Shown here piece after piece: positions 12,090 through 25,586 of a stretch of 64,000 nt of DNA. Origin of the DNA: Chiloscyllium plagiosum (Eukaryota); assembly GCF_004010195.1 (NCBI RefSeq), contig NC_057760.1, forward strand, positions 2,632,647-2,696,646. Reading direction: 5' to 3'. Both the position numbers and the translations under genes were made by a program. Numbering within the stretch: position 1 is the stretch's first letter; every line of letters begins with the position of its first letter. The notes under the pieces were generated by a model. That model was not told the origin of the DNA. It searched no databases and was given only the letters and a program-made list of their open reading frames with translations.

Positions 12090-14280
12090 CTAGTTATGGA
12101 GAGGGACAAAACTGGTCCACAAGTTCAAGTTCTAAATAAGGGCAAGACAAATTTAGATGGAATTAGACAGGAGCTGGCAGGGGTTAATTGGAGTGGTTTG
12201 TTTGCAGGCAAAGGGACCTCTGGCAAGTGGGAGGCTGAGAAAAGTGAGGGGGGGGCCTAAACTGGGAACAGATGTTCTCGGGGAAATGCATGACAGAAAT
12301 GTGGAGGTTCTTGAGAGAGCATTAGGGCTGGATAGGTTTGTCCCACTGAGGCAAGGAAGTGATGGGAGGGTAAAGGAACCTTGGGTGATAAGGGATGTGG
12401 AACATTTAGTCAAGAGGAAGAAGGAAGCTTAGTTAAGGTTGAGGAAGCAAGGATCAGACAGGGTTCTAGAAAGAACTGAAGGACTTGAGAGCTCGATGAG
12501 GGCATGAGGAAAGCTTTAGCGGGTAGGATGAAGAAAAACCCCCAAGGCTTCTACACTTCTGTGAGGACCAAGAGGATGGCCAAAGTGAGGGTAGGGTCGA
12601 TCAGGGATAGTGGAGGGAACTTCCGCCTGGAGTTAACGGAGATAGGGGAGATCCTTAATGAATACTTTGCATCAGTATTCACTACAGAGAGGGACCTTGA
12701 CATTTGTGAGGACAGTGTGAAACAGGCTGATACGCTTGAACAGGTTGATGTTAAGAAGGAGGATGTGCTGGAAATTTTGAATAACAAGAATTGATAAGTC
12801 CCTTTGGCTAGATGTGATATACCCAAGGTTACTACAGGAAGCGAGGGAAGAGACTGCTGTGCCTTTGGCAATGATCTTTGTGTCCTCACTGTCTATTGGA
12901 GGGTGACAAATGTTATTCCTCTGTTCAGGAAAGGTAATAGGGATAATTCTGGAAAATACAGACCATACAGTCTTTGGTCAGTGTTAAGCAAAGTATTGGA
13001 GAGGATTCTGAGAGACAGGATTTATTATTACTTGGCAAACCATAGTCAACGTGGCTTTGTGAGGGGCAGGTCATGCCTCCCAAGCCTTATTGAATTCTTT
13101 GAGGATGTGACAAAACAGATTGAATGTAGAGCAGTGGAACAGGCATTTAATAAGGTACCCCTTGTTAGGCTCATTCAGAAAGTAAGGAGGCATGGGATAC
13201 AGAGAAATTTGGATGTCTGGATACAGAGTTAGCTGGCCCATAGAAGACAGATGGGAGATGGGAAGTATTCAGCCTGGAGCTCTGTGACCAGTGGTGTTCT
13301 GCAGGGATTGGTTCCGGACCTCCTCTTTGTGATTTTTAGGAATGGAAATGCAAGAGTGGGTTAGTAAGTTTGTTCATGACAGAAAGATTGGTGGAGTTGT
13401 GGATAGTGGGGAGGCTGTTGTTAGGTTGCAGTGGGACATTGACAGGATGTAGAACTGGGCTGATAAGTGGCAGATGGAGTTCAGTGTGGAAAAGTGTGAA
13501 GTGATTCATTTTGGAAGGTCAAATTTGAACGCAGAATCCAGGGTTAAAGGCAGGATTCTTGGCAGTGTGGAGGAACAGAGGGATGTTGGGGTCCATGTGG
13601 GTCCATAGATCCCTCAAAGTTGCCACCCAAGTTGATAGGGTTGGGATAGGGTTGTTAAGAAGGTGTATGGTATGTTGGCTTTCATTAGCAAGGGGATTGA
13701 GTTTAAGAGCCGTAAGGTTATGCTGCAGCTCTATCGACCCCTGGTTAGACCACACTTGGAATGTTGTATTCAGTTCTGGTCACCTCCTTATAGGAAGGAT
13801 GTGGAAGCTTTAGAGAGGGTACAGAGGAGATTTACTAGGATGCTGCCTGGACTGGAGGGTGTGTCTTATGAAGAAAGGTTGAGGGAGCTAGGGCTTTTCT
13901 CATTGGAGTAAAGAAGGATGAGAGGTGACTTGATAGAGGTGTACAAGATGATGAGACGCATAGATAGTGAATCGTCGGAGACTTTTCCCCAGGGCAGAAA
14001 TGGCTATCACAAGAGGGCATAATTTTAAGGTGATTAGGGGGAAGTTTAGGGGAGATGTCAGAGGTCAGTTCTTTACACAGAGAGTGGTGGGTGTGTGGAA
14101 TGCATTGCCAGCAGTGGGAGTAGAGTCAGATATGTTAGGGACATTTAAGCGACTCTTGGATAGGCACATGGATGATGGTACAATAAAGGGTATTTAGGGT
14201 AGTCTGATCTTGGAGTAGGATGAAAGGTCAGCCCAACATCGAGAGCCGAAGGGCTTGTCCTGTACTGTTCTATGATCTAA
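12090..14280 (+). mobile_element. Long CR1 LINE ORF2 remnant with frameshifts and stops (main copy from ~12260)
   Basis: LNEYFASVFT, NVIPLFRKGNRDNSGKYRP, SQRGFVRGRSCL, LYRPLVRPHLECCIQFWSP, FFTQRVVGVWNALP. Confidence 0.92.
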
Positions 14281-14281
14281 T

Positions 14282-15055
14282 ATAGATAAATGTGAGGCCT
14301 TGCATTTTGGAAAGTCAAATAAAGGTAGGAGTTTCATGGTGAATGGTAGGGCCTGAAGGAGTGTAGTGGAACAGAGGGACCTTGGAGTTCAGGTGCATGG
14401 TTCTCTGAAAGTACAGGCCCAGATAGACAGGGCAGTAAAGAAGGCTTTTGGCACACTGGCCCTCATCGGTCAGGGCATTGAGTCTAGAAGTTGGGAAGTT
14501 ATGTTGCAGTTGTGCAGAGTGTTGGTGAGGCCGCACCTGGAGTATTGTGTTCAGTTTTGGTCACCTTGCTATAGGAAGGATATTATTAAACTGGAAAGAG
14601 TGCAGAAGAAATTTACAGGGGTGTTACCTGGACTCCATAGTCTGAGTTATCGGGAGAAGTTGGATAAGCTCGGAGTTTTTTCTTTAGAGCGTAGGAGAAT
14701 GAGAGGGGAATCTTAGAGATATATAAGATCATGAGAGACTGGATAAAGTGAATGCACTCTGTCTTTCTCCCAGGGTTGGGGAACGGAGGATGCGAGGGCG
14801 GGGGGGGGAATAAAAGTGAACTGGAGGGGCAACTTTTTGTGCACAGAGGGTGATGTGCATAGAGAATGAGCTGCCAGCAAAGTGGTTGAGGCAGATACAT
14901 TAACAATAGTTAAAAGGCATTTGGACAAATCCATGGATAGGAAAGTTTAGAAGGATACAAATGCAGGGAAATATGGTTAGCATGGATGGACATTATGGTC
15001 AGCATAGATGAGTTTGGGGCCAAAGGGCCTGTCTCCGTGCTGTAGAACTGTATGA
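14282..15055 (+). mobile_element. CR1 LINE 3' end, tandem to the previous copy
   Basis: EQRDLGVQVH...[14 protein letters not shown]...LERVQKKF. Confidence 0.9.
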
Positions 15056-15059
15056 CACA

Positions 15060-16530
15060 TTACTGCTCTGAGTTCTGGTCAGAAGACTGCTTGAAGTAAT
15101 ACTATCAGCAAATAACTTAGGGTTGAGAATGGAGAGGTCATCACCGACTACAATAAATATTTGCAACAGAAGTTGGAATGCTGCTTTGAGTTGTGCTGTC
15201 TTGTCGCTGAGGAAGGTCCCGACACCAAACGAGAGCTTGCCAGTTATGGCAGAGTTGGATGTCCAAGCCACAGTACACCAACCACAGGCAAAGGTCCAGG
15301 TTGGATGCTGTAACATCAAACTTGTCAAACACAGGAACGGGTACGCTGCAGCATCTGCACATTTTCTTTCTGCCTCTGCAGAAGGGAGGGGCAATACCTC
15401 ATGTATATGCAAAGGTTGTGACCCTGGTCAAAAAAAGGCTGACTGCAGCAATTGCAAGAGCTATCAAGGCAGCTCCTTGCTGAACGTTAATCTGCATTGC
15501 CCTCGTCAGACTGCAGATTCTAGCTAAATGGATCTACTCTAATCTCAGTGCAGTTTCAGAACTGGAGCATTGGCAATTGACACTATATCTTAGTTAAGCA
15601 GCTGCAAAATTATGCTATGAATGAAAGATAAAGTTTAAAAAACCATACAGTGCCAGGTTATAGTCCAACAGGTTTATTTGGAAGTACAAGCTTTCAGAGC
15701 ACTGTTCCCTCATCAGGTAGCTAGCTACCAAGCTGCTTAATCAGTTGAAGAAAGTGGGTTTCTGCTGAAGGTATTGATATGATCTCCTGTTTCGATGACA
15801 GATCTCATCCATGATGCTATCACTGGGCAACATTGACACTCTTTGACATCCACAGTGAAATCAAATAGGTGTTCTGACACCAACCCTCTAACACTTAGTA
15901 TTTTATTGCTGTTGCATGTCTTCAGACTACCTCGTAAAGGTATCTACTCATGTGCCAGGACTAACAAAGCTGTTTAACTTTGCTTGCCTGAGATCTATAA
16001 CAAAAATGTGCCAAGTCCTCATCAGTACTGTAGCAATATTCTGTACCGTACTGTGGGACATCTTCATATCAAATGTACAAACTCTATTGCCTCTAAAGCA
16101 TTTGATTTGACCATCAGCATCAGGAAGACTAATGTCACAGTCCAGAATGTTGCTATATTGCCATCAATCAATAATGTGAGCTGAAGTTATTAGCTTCACC
16201 TATCTAGCCACCTCAATCCCCAACCATCTGTTATTTAATGCTGAAGTCATGCATTACAAAAACTGCAGTAATGATGTCCAGAAGTGTGAAACAAAAGCCT
16301 GGCTGAACGTTTATCAAGCCTTCATCTACAGTATACTCCAACAGGAGTGAGACCTGTAACAATGTTTGTTTGACAGCAGGAAAGTTTACGCCTTTGATGT
16401 CTTGTTCATATCTTTGGCATCTCTTGACGTGACCAAGTCACCAGCTCCCAGTTTCTGGAGCATGAGCTCATTGCCAAGCTCAATGACCACTGCGGTAGCT
16501 CGACCATAATCACTGATGGACAGCATATAC
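15060..16530 (+). mobile_element. Highly decayed RTE-clade LINE
   Basis: Remnants EG.IP..AKVVTLVKK.ADCSNC, KLFNFACLRSITK, FDLTISIRKTNV, VYQA, GIS*RDQVT fall in RTE ORF2 order. Confidence 0.6.
15685..15719 (-). ncRNA. Hammerhead motif in a PLE terminal-repeat fragment (~15630-15725)
   Basis: Minus strand: TAC-CTGATGA-G-GGAAC AGT GCTCT-GAA-AGCT-T-GTA. Core intact, stem II weakened. Confidence 0.6.
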
Positions 16531-17054
16531 CCAAAACTCTTTTCTTCCATTTTCTGTTTGAGTGTACATCCATGGTAACATACTTAAACATATTTCGTTG
16601 AAAAGTGATTTCTTGACCAGAAGACAGCAACCGATGTAGGCCATTCCACTCGTTGCGTCTGCTCAATCATTCGATCGTGGCTGATTTAATCCTCAACTCC
16701 CACTTTACTGCCTTTTCCTCATATCCCATTAATTGATTTGTTTTTTTCTGAATTCTATGTGCGTTTGAGTAAAGGGTCACTAATTTAGCTTTCTGTCAAC
16801 ATTTTCCCCCTTTTGACGTATTCGCTGTTAATTTCCAAGTTTGCACACTATTCCTTTCTGTCCCACCTCGGTTATTCTTTTCCAACTAGCTGACCTGCAA
16901 TGTCACCATGTCCTTTTGCTTTGAAACCATTTTCCTTCCCCATGACCCACTCTGTTAGTTTAAAGCGTGCTCTATAATCCCTTAAAATTTTGATTCTCCT
17001 GGATAAGGAGTGGTCTCTGTTTCGTGGTCAAAAATCACATGATGCCAGGTTATC

Positions 17055-17405
17055 GAACCATAAAACCCCTACAGTGTGGAAATAGGCCATTTGACCAACA
17101 AGTTCACACTGACCTGCTGAAGAGTAATGCACCCAGACCCATTCCCCTACCCTATTATTCTACTTTCCCCTGACTAATGCACCTAATCTACACATCCCTG
17201 AACAATATGGGCAGTTTAGCATGACCAATTCACTTAACCTGCAAATTTTGGACTAAGGGAGGAAACCGGAGCACCCAGAGTAAACCCACGCAGACATAGG
17301 GAGAATTTGCAAACTCCAGACAGGTAGTCACCTGAGGGTGGAATCAAACCTACGTCCCTGGCGCTGTGAAGCAGCAGCGCTAACCACCTAAGCAACCATG
17401 ACACT
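17055..17405 (-). mobile_element. HE1-type SINE flanked by PLE terminal-repeat pieces (~17025-17055, ~17415-17525)
   Basis: SINE head and central domain on the minus strand. Flanks match the PLE terminus. Confidence 0.8.
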
Positions 17406-17609
17406 CCTTTCTCAGGCTCTGAAAGCTTGCGGTTTCAAATGAACCTGTTAGACTATAACTCTGTGTTATGTGGGTTTTATTTTTAAACTTTGTCCTCAGT
17501 CCAGTACTGGCACCTCCACATCCATGCCTGTGTTTCACTGGATCAGCTCCTTTCTACCGAAGTGCTGGTCTCATGAACTGAAAACTATTCCTTGCATACT
17601 AATCTTTAA

Positions 17610-17810
17610 GACCTGTAATAAACACATTGATTTAGATTCCATCTACCTTCCCCCAGAAAAAAAACCCAGAAATGACATCACCCACCTTAAGAAAGCAAGA
17701 CCTATAAATAGAGAGGTGGGACATACCACCGACGCTCACTGATGTTACCTCGTCATGGTGATGAAACGTCTAAAAATAAACCTTCCAGCTCAGTGAGCTA
17801 ACTTAGCATA
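17610..17810 (+). mobile_element. PLE 3' end with a degenerate hammerhead (~17736-17772)
   Basis: NKHIDLDSIY matches SINKHIDLDPIY of the ORF at 31859. Followed by CTGATG..TTACC..GGTGATGAAACGTC. Confidence 0.7.
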
Positions 17811-19129
17811 CTTACAAAGGAAGATCTTGAAGCTGATCAGGAACTACCTTGTATCAGTGATACATTGCAGTAATACCTTGCGGAAGCCATTCAACCTTAT
17901 TATAAACTCTTAATTTTGCTGTTTTTCTTCTAAGTTAACGTTTTGAGTGTAAAGTTTGCCAGTTACTACCTAATTTTTTTTAATATGCACTGGCTGGCTC
18001 TGCTTTGCTTGGCTCTTGAGTTGTCCAAATAGTAAGGTTGTCATGATTGGCTGTTACAGGAGAGCTCTGTTTAATTCGTCAGTCCCTTTTAAGGACCATG
18101 TGTGTTAGTATTCCAAAGATGTAACCTGAAGGCCAATTGTTCAAAGATGGCAGCTGCTTGCACGTTTCTCTGTTCTGCTCTTGGAAGACCTTACTTGAAC
18201 TTGGGTGGTTGCATAAGAGAATGAATTTCCGTGTCCACAACACTTTCCCTGACTCCAAAGACATTTTCTCCAACTACTGAAGTACTTTTGAAATCTGTCA
18301 ATGATGTTGAGTGAGGAATTAATCTTCACTAAGATATAATTGAAGTGACTAATAATTTGTTGTGTTTTGTCACCAAATCACACTTTTCTGCTCACTTATT
18401 TACTGTGATGAACGTTCTGGAGATATGGAGTGCTGGTCTGGGATTAATAGTACAAGGGTTCAACATTTTACTGCTGAGTCTCCAAGACTCTGGAAAGAGA
18501 ATGAATTTGTGAGGAGTCATTTTTGTTTTTAATAATATTTGGTAAATGTTTTTTTCCGACACAATTGTGTTCTGTTTTACTTGACAATGTATCTGAATTT
18601 TCTACGAATGGATATTGAGCATGAGTCAGGATGCAAGGAGCCACTGATTCATTGTGAATGTGCTCGGTGAAATATTGTTGCAGTGACAGGAATAATAATG
18701 TTTATAGCAGGTGTTGGAAAGCTAGAACCTTATAGGATGTTTTTTCAGCCTGATCTGACATCTGGTGTCCTGTGTGTGGGTTGAAAAAGCAAAACACACC
18801 AGCCGTGTACTGTCATAATTTGTATTTCTCTTCATTATTGTAAAACCTTCAGATATTCAGGGTTTATGTATCAATGCACTGCTGAGGGTTCCGCTCTTAG
18901 CGCAAGTAAAAACAGGAAGGGATATTTGCCACATAAGACTTGGGAAAATTTGAAGCCTGTTGTTGTCATGACTGAGGCATTAGAACTGGGGTCCAAATGA
19001 AATCCAGCTCAAGTACAACATAGTTTTTTTCATGTTTAACTTAAAGTTTTGGAATCACCATTTTCTAATGATTCTGACTTGTTTTCAAGGTGCATATAGG
19101 TCATATGTAGAACTTGTTCAAGTGGTGTT

Positions 19130-19510
19130 TTTCATCGAAGGTCTTGAAGGACGTGGAATGGCAGAGTTTATAGTTGGACAGCAGGAACCAGGCAGCAAAC
19201 AACAGAGCAAAGAGAATGGTAGATCCAAAGATGGCCAGAATTTGACGAGCCTGGCATTTTCAGAAGGTTTTGAGGCAGGAGGAAGTTGGAGATGGTTAGG
19301 GTTAAGGACAAGGCCATGGAGATATTTAAATAAGGATGATTTATTGAACTTGAGGCTTTTGGGGGCTATTGTGTGCCTGAATCTGCAGGAGGGATGAATA
19401 TGGACATACTAAATTTTACAAAGGATGAGCATTGGGAGGACAGGAGAGGGAGCATAGGAAGAAAAGTCTGGAGGTGACAAACGCATGGATTAGAATTTTG
19501 ACATCCATGA
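19130..19510 (-). mobile_element. Old L2-like LINE remnant
   Basis: Resembles the 36400-36840 remnant (ggccatggagatatttaaataaggatg). Confidence 0.4.
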
Positions 19511-19609
19511 CTTGATGAGCATGTAGCAGGCTGAATAAGTTGCTCCCTTCCCATGTAGCCATGTGGCGCTCTCCTTGATCTTCAAAAACGGTGGTCTGAT
19601 TTGTGTTGT

Positions 19610-19940
19610 ATCATAGACTCCCTACAGTGTGGAAGCAAACCATTTGGCCTATTGATTCCACAGTGGCCCTTCAAAAAGCATCCCCACCCCCCACCCTGTA
19701 TCTGTAACCCTGCAATTATGATGCCTAGTCCATCTAGCCCCCTCACCCCTGGAAACTATGGGCAATTTAGCATGGCCAATCCATCTAACTGGTACATCTT
19801 TTGGACCGAGAGGAAACCGAAGCGCTTGAATGATGTTCCTGCAGACACTGGGAGAACACAAAAGTTCCACACGCTCACCCAAGGATGGCATTGAAACTAG
19901 GTCCTGGGTGAGGCAGCAGTGTTAGCCATGTGCTGCACTG
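19610..19940 (-). mobile_element. HE1-type SINE
   Basis: Similar to the other copies in the window. Confidence 0.8.
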
Positions 19941-20789
19941 TTTGAAGTTTTCACTTTGCTCTTCAGTTGTAAAGGTGTTTAAGGTTACCTGAAAAGGGTG
20001 TGCTGAGGTGAAAGTGGGAGAGTGTCACTGAGTGCATTGCTTATTCAGAAACCCAGCAAGACGTGAAGAACAGAAAGGCTGCTGTCTGTGCTGTGATGTT
20101 CTACTTTATGATTCTTTATGGGGCTCTGAGCGTATGCAACGCCAATCTGAAAACTTTTTGCCCAGATACAATGGATATTGCTGGACTATTTGACCATGAA
20201 GAAGGAACACCCCCACCTCCCCACCGCCAAAGAATCCTGTCTGTGCCACGCCACTCCAATTTAAGATGAATTTTCATAGTCATAGTTCAGGGATGTTCGC
20301 CTGGGACCCTCTTTGGGTTGTGGCTTTAACAATTGGGGCTTTATTGAAGCTGCCACCAGTTTCTGAAAAATGTGTTATGAAATCATTTGTAGCGGAATAA
20401 TTTGTAACCTGTTGTCTCGACCCAACTTGGAGGCTTGGAAACAAATGAGGCAACAACAATAGCAAACAATTGTTGTAAATTGTCATTAATTAACTCCAGC
20501 ATTGAAATGCAGCATGTTTATTACCAATGGCAACAACTGTTCTGTGTTTGATGCCAGTTTGTAATATGTTCATCAGCAGTTTCTCTGCTACCTTCTGTGT
20601 ATTTATCATATTGCAATTTCAGTAGGGAGAAGGGAAATTTGAATATTGTGATACACTAAAAAAGATTACACGGCAAGATTTCATAGTTTAAAATGAATTT
20701 TTCTACCTAGCAAACAATGAAAACAAATGCTAACGAACTAACGCTATCCTAGACACATTTATATTTTACATTGAGAAGCATGTAAAACA

Positions 20790-21150
20790 CAATAAGAAGT
20801 GAGTGAATTGAAACATACGGGATTTTTGGGGACCTTGACAGTGTAGATGTTAAGATGTAGGAATCTCAAACTAGGGGACATAGTTACAGAATTTGGGGAC
20901 ACTTGTTTAAAACAGAGCTGTGTAAAATCTTCTCTTGGAGTAGTGAATATTTGGAATCCTCTGCCTCAGTTGTGGAGGCTAGATCATAAATGGGGTTAGA
21001 AACTTTTTTGCAATATTAGGGAGTTGATGGCTGTGCTGTGCTGAGCTGACACCGAAGAGTTGAGGCCTCAGACAGATCACCATGATGTTGAATGGTAGGG
21101 CAGGCACAAAGGCCAGGTAACCTTCTCCTGCTCCTACTTCTAATGCTGTT
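20790..21150 (+). mobile_element. Old CR1 3' end
   Basis: Similar to the 4250-4640 tail. Confidence 0.6.
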
Positions 21151-21239
21151 TGTTCAATCGTGCATACTCTTAATTAAAATTCTCAACTCAAATTCCCCTT
21201 TTTTTTTTATGATGTTGCCCTCCTCCCAAAATTCTGGGG

Positions 21240-21580
21240 TTTTGGTAATATCACTGGACAGACAATCCCAGAACCCCAGTTTAATGTTCTGCGGACATGG
21301 GATCAGATCACAATGGCAGATTGATGAAATGTGAATTCCATTTTGTAAAAATCGAATAATAAAACTAGCCAGTAGTGACCATGCAACCACTGCCGATTAT
21401 TCTAAAAGCCCATCTGGTTCACTTTAGGGAAGGAAATCTACTGTCCTTACCTGGTGTGGCCTTCATGTAACTCCAGATCCACAGCAATATGGTTGAATCT
21501 TAGCAGCCCACGAGGCAATTCGGGATGGGTGTTGCATGCTAGCCCAAGCAGTGACAATCACATCCTGTTAATGATAGGAA
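21240..21580 (+). mobile_element. Deu-type (SacSINE1-like) SINE
   Basis: cccatctggttcactttagggaaggaaatctactgtccttacctgg...actccagatccacagcaatatggttga central domain. Family name is from recall. Confidence 0.6.
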
Positions 21581-22344
21581 AAACCTTTACAGGCTCCTGG
21601 AGGTTTGTTTGCTTGTCCTGGGACCAAACAAGCTATGAAACAAGCTTCCAAACTTCTTTTCTATTTCTTCTTCATGTCCCAGCTGTTCTAAGCTGGAAAA
21701 TTTCATGGGGACTCTTTCTTATGGCTTAAAAATTCTCTAATTCCTCTCCTACATCCTTGTGGTGATGGACATCTCAGTTCCAGCTCCATTGTACACTTAC
21801 ATAGTACCTCTGTCTCAGAAACACCTGCATTTCCTGAGCTCATTTGCTTCTGGGTTTAAAGCTGTTTTTCAGCTTTGAGCAGACTCCCTCTCCTTTTTAT
21901 CTGCTGAAGTCAGGGCTTACACCCACCAAATTTGGTGTTTATAGCACCAACCTCCAAGGACCTTGTGGAAAAAGAACTCCCCCAACTTCCCAGGATTCCA
22001 ACTAAGGCTCCATTCTGAAATAACACTCGAAAGCAACAATGTTAGTTGAGATGTCAAATAAGTTTTGATTGGATTTTTAAGCCAAAAATTAATCATTTTC
22101 TTTTTTGAATCATGTAAATTTCTAATGAAGTGAGCGCAGTTCTCATCAGACTTCCAGGCTACTGTTGCCCAACTAAATGAAGACCACCTACTGTTTTTAC
22201 AATATTCACCTTCCTAACTCTGACCCCATACGCAATCCATTATACTATCATTATTTGAGCCATTTTTAACTCCAGCATTTTAATTATGTCACCCTTACAG
22301 TTTCATTCTTTCCATAACTAAAAATTGCCTTTAAACTATGAAGA

Positions 22345-22990
22345 CGACATTTGGTACACTTGCCTTTACTGGTCAGTCCATTAAGTATAGGAGTTGGGAG
22401 GTCATGTTGTGGTTGTGTACACAGGGCATTGGTGAGGTCACTATTGGCATACTGCATGCGGTTCTGGTCTCTCTGCTGTAGGACGGATGGTGTGAAACTT
22501 GCACATGTACAGAAAAGATTTCAAAAATGTTGCCGGGTTTGGGGGTTTTGAGCTATTGGGAGAGGCTGAATAGATTGGGGCTGTTTTCTTTGGAGTGTCG
22601 GAGGCCAAGGAGTGACCTTGGAGAGGTTTATAAAATCATGAGGGGCCTGGATAGGATAAATAGGCAAGGTCCTTTCCCTGGGGTGGGGTAGTCCAGAACT
22701 AGAGAGCATAGGTTTAGGGTGAGAGGGGAAATATTTAAAAGGGACTGAAGGGGGAACTTTTTCACCCAGAGGATGAAACATGTATAAAATGAATTGCTAA
22801 AGGAAGTGGTGGAGGCTGGTACAATTGCAGCATTTAAAAGGCATCTGGATGAGTATGAATAGGAAAGATTCAGAGGGATATGGGTCAAATGCTGGCAAAT
22901 GAGACAAGATTAGTTTAGAATATTTGGTTGGATTGGACAGGTTGGACCAAATGGTCCATTTCCATGCTGTACATCTCTATGACTATGACT
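22345..22990 (+). mobile_element. CR1 LINE 3' end
   Basis: ORF2 C-terminal remnants plus a tail with gactat repeats. Confidence 0.85.
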
Positions 22991-23089
22991 GGTTGTGAAT
23001 TGGTGAGTCGCGACCAACTTTACTTTTGACTGTTCAGTTCAAAGAGTCGCAGTTAATCCTCTGTCCAAATCATTCCATCACTTTTTCTT

Positions 23090-25545
23090 TATTCACTCAT
23101 GGGATGTGAGTGCCACTCGCTGGTCAGTATTACCTGTCTCTAGTTGCCATTAAGAACGTGTGATGAGTTGACTTCTTGAACTGCTGTAGTTCACGTGTTG
23201 TAGGTTTGCCCTTTGGGAGGGAGTTCTAGGATTTTGACCCAGTGGTAGTGTAGGAATGGCGATCTATTTCCAAGTTAGGATAGTGAGTGGCTTGGAGGGG
23301 AACTTTCAGATTGTGTTCCCATGTACCTGCTGTCCTTGTCCTTCCAGATAGAAATGGTTGTGGGTTCAGAAGTTGCTGTCTAAGGATCTTTGAATTTCTG
23401 CAGTGCGTCCTGCTGCTACTGAGTGTAGGTGGTGGATGCCATACCAATCAAGTGGACTGCTTTGTCTTGTTTGGTGTTGAGCTTCTTAAATGTTGTTGAA
23501 GCTGCACCTATCCAGGCAAGTTATCGTATTCTGTCATACTCCTGACTTGTGTCTTGTAGATGGTGGACAGACTTTGGGGAATCGGGAGTTACTCACTGCA
23601 GGATTCCCAGCCTCTGATCTGCTCTTGTGGCCACTAGGTTTAAGTCATAGAGGTGGATAGCACAGAAATAGACCTTTCAGTCCAACTTGTTCATGCTGAC
23701 CAGATATCCTAATGTAAATCTAATCCCATTTGCCTGCAATTGCTCCATATCCCTCCAAACCCTTCCTATTCATATACCCATCCAGATGTCTTCTAAATGC
23801 TGTAATTGTACCAGCCTTCACCTGGCAGCTTATTACACGCACACATACATGCACGCACGCACACACGCACGCACGCACACACACACGAAAACATTGCTCC
23901 TTAGGCCCTTTTAAATCTTTCCCCTCTCACCCTAAACCTATGCTCTCTAGTTGTGGACTCCCCCACCCCAGGGAAAAGACCTTGTCTATTTATAATCATG
24001 TGAGGCATAGGTAGGATATAAACCTCTATAAGGTCACCCATCAGCCTCAGACGCTCCAGGGAAAACAGCCCCAGCCTATTCAACTTCTCCCTCTAGCTCA
24101 AATCCTCCAACCCTGGCAACATCCTTGTAAATTTTTTCTGTACCCTTTCAAGTTTCACAACATCTTTCCGATCAGAAGGAGACCAGAATTGCACACAATA
24201 TTCCAAAAGTGACTTAACCAATGTCCTGTACAGCTGCAACATGACCTCCCAAATCCTGGACTCAGTACTCTGACCGACAAAGGAAAGCATACCAAACACC
24301 ACCTTCACTATCCTATCTACCTGCAACTCTACTTTCAGGGAGCTGTGCACCTGCACTCCAAGGTCTCTTTGTTCAGCAACACTACCTAGGACTTTACCAT
24401 TAAGTGTGTAAGTTCTGCTAAGATTTGCTTTTCAAAAATGCAGCACCTCATTTATCTAAAACTCCATCTGCCACTCCTCAATCCATTAGTCCATCTGATC
24501 AAGATCCCATTTTACTCTGATGTAACTTCTTTCACTCTCTATTACACCTTCAATTTTGATGTCATCTGCAAACTTACTAACTATACCTGTTATGCTCACA
24601 TCCAAATCATTTATATAAATGGCAAAAAGTAGTGGACCCATCACCAATCCTTGTAGCACTCCACTGGTCCTAGGCCTCCAATCTGAAAAGCAACCCTCCA
24701 CCACCACCTTCGAACCAGTTCTGTATCCAAGTGCTGAGTCCAGTTGAGTTTCTGGTCAGTCATAATCCCAACGATGATAGTGAGGGATTTAGTGATGTTA
24801 ACACCACTGAACGTGTCAAATAGCAGTGGTTGGATTGTCTCGTTTTGAAGATAGTCATTGCCTGGCATTTGTCTGGCACAAATGTTGCTTGCCACTTGTC
24901 AGCCCAAATCTGAATATTGTCCAGGTCTTGTTGCATTTGAACATGGTCTGCTTCACTTTGAGGAGACACAAATGGTGCCGAATGTTGTGCAATCATTGGC
25001 AAACGTTTTCACTTCTGAGCTCTTGATGGAGGGAAGGCATTGATGAAAGAGCTGATGGTTGGGCATAAGATACTACCCTGTCGAACTCCAGAGAGTCCTG
25101 GTCTCCAACAACCCAACCATCTTTCCATATGTCAGTTATGACTCCAATCAATTGAGAGTTTGCCCCCAATATGCATATATTGCAATTTTGCTTGGGCTTC
25201 TTGATACCATACTGTTGAATGTGACCTTGATGTCAGCAGCTGTTATGCTCACCTCACCACTTTAATTCAGCTCTTTAGTCTATGTTTGAACCTAGGCTTT
25301 GATGAGGTCAGGAGTTGAAATGCCGAAATGGAACCCAGACTGTGCCTCCATGAGCAGGTTATTGCTAAACTGCTCAATAGCAGCTTCGAGACCTTCCATC
25401 ACTTTACTGATGATCAAGAATAGACTGAAGTGGTAATTGGCTGGGTTGGATTTGTCCTTTTTCTCTATAGGATAGACGTGAGAAATTTTCCACATTGTTG
25501 GGTAGATGCCAGAGTTGTGACTGTACTGAAAAGCATTGCCATTTT
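23090..25545 (-). mobile_element. Second CR1/L2-group LINE family, split by a CR1 insertion at ~23640-24720
   Basis: WKISHVYPIEKKDKSNPANY, QQDLDNIQIWADKWQATFVPDKCQAMTI. 3' tail resembles the Deu-type SINE tail. Confidence 0.75.
23640..24720 (-). mobile_element. CR1 LINE containing a (CA/CG)n microsatellite at ~23836-23886
   Basis: SGVLQGLVMGPLLFAIYINDLD...[25 protein letters not shown]. Confidence 0.9.
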
Positions 25546-25586
25546 CCTTTATGTAGTTATTTTAATGACTATGTACTCGCAACAAG

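Noticed and set aside
12260..14280. Active LINE or domesticated reverse transcriptase
   Set aside because: Multiple stops and frameshifts, and 5' truncated
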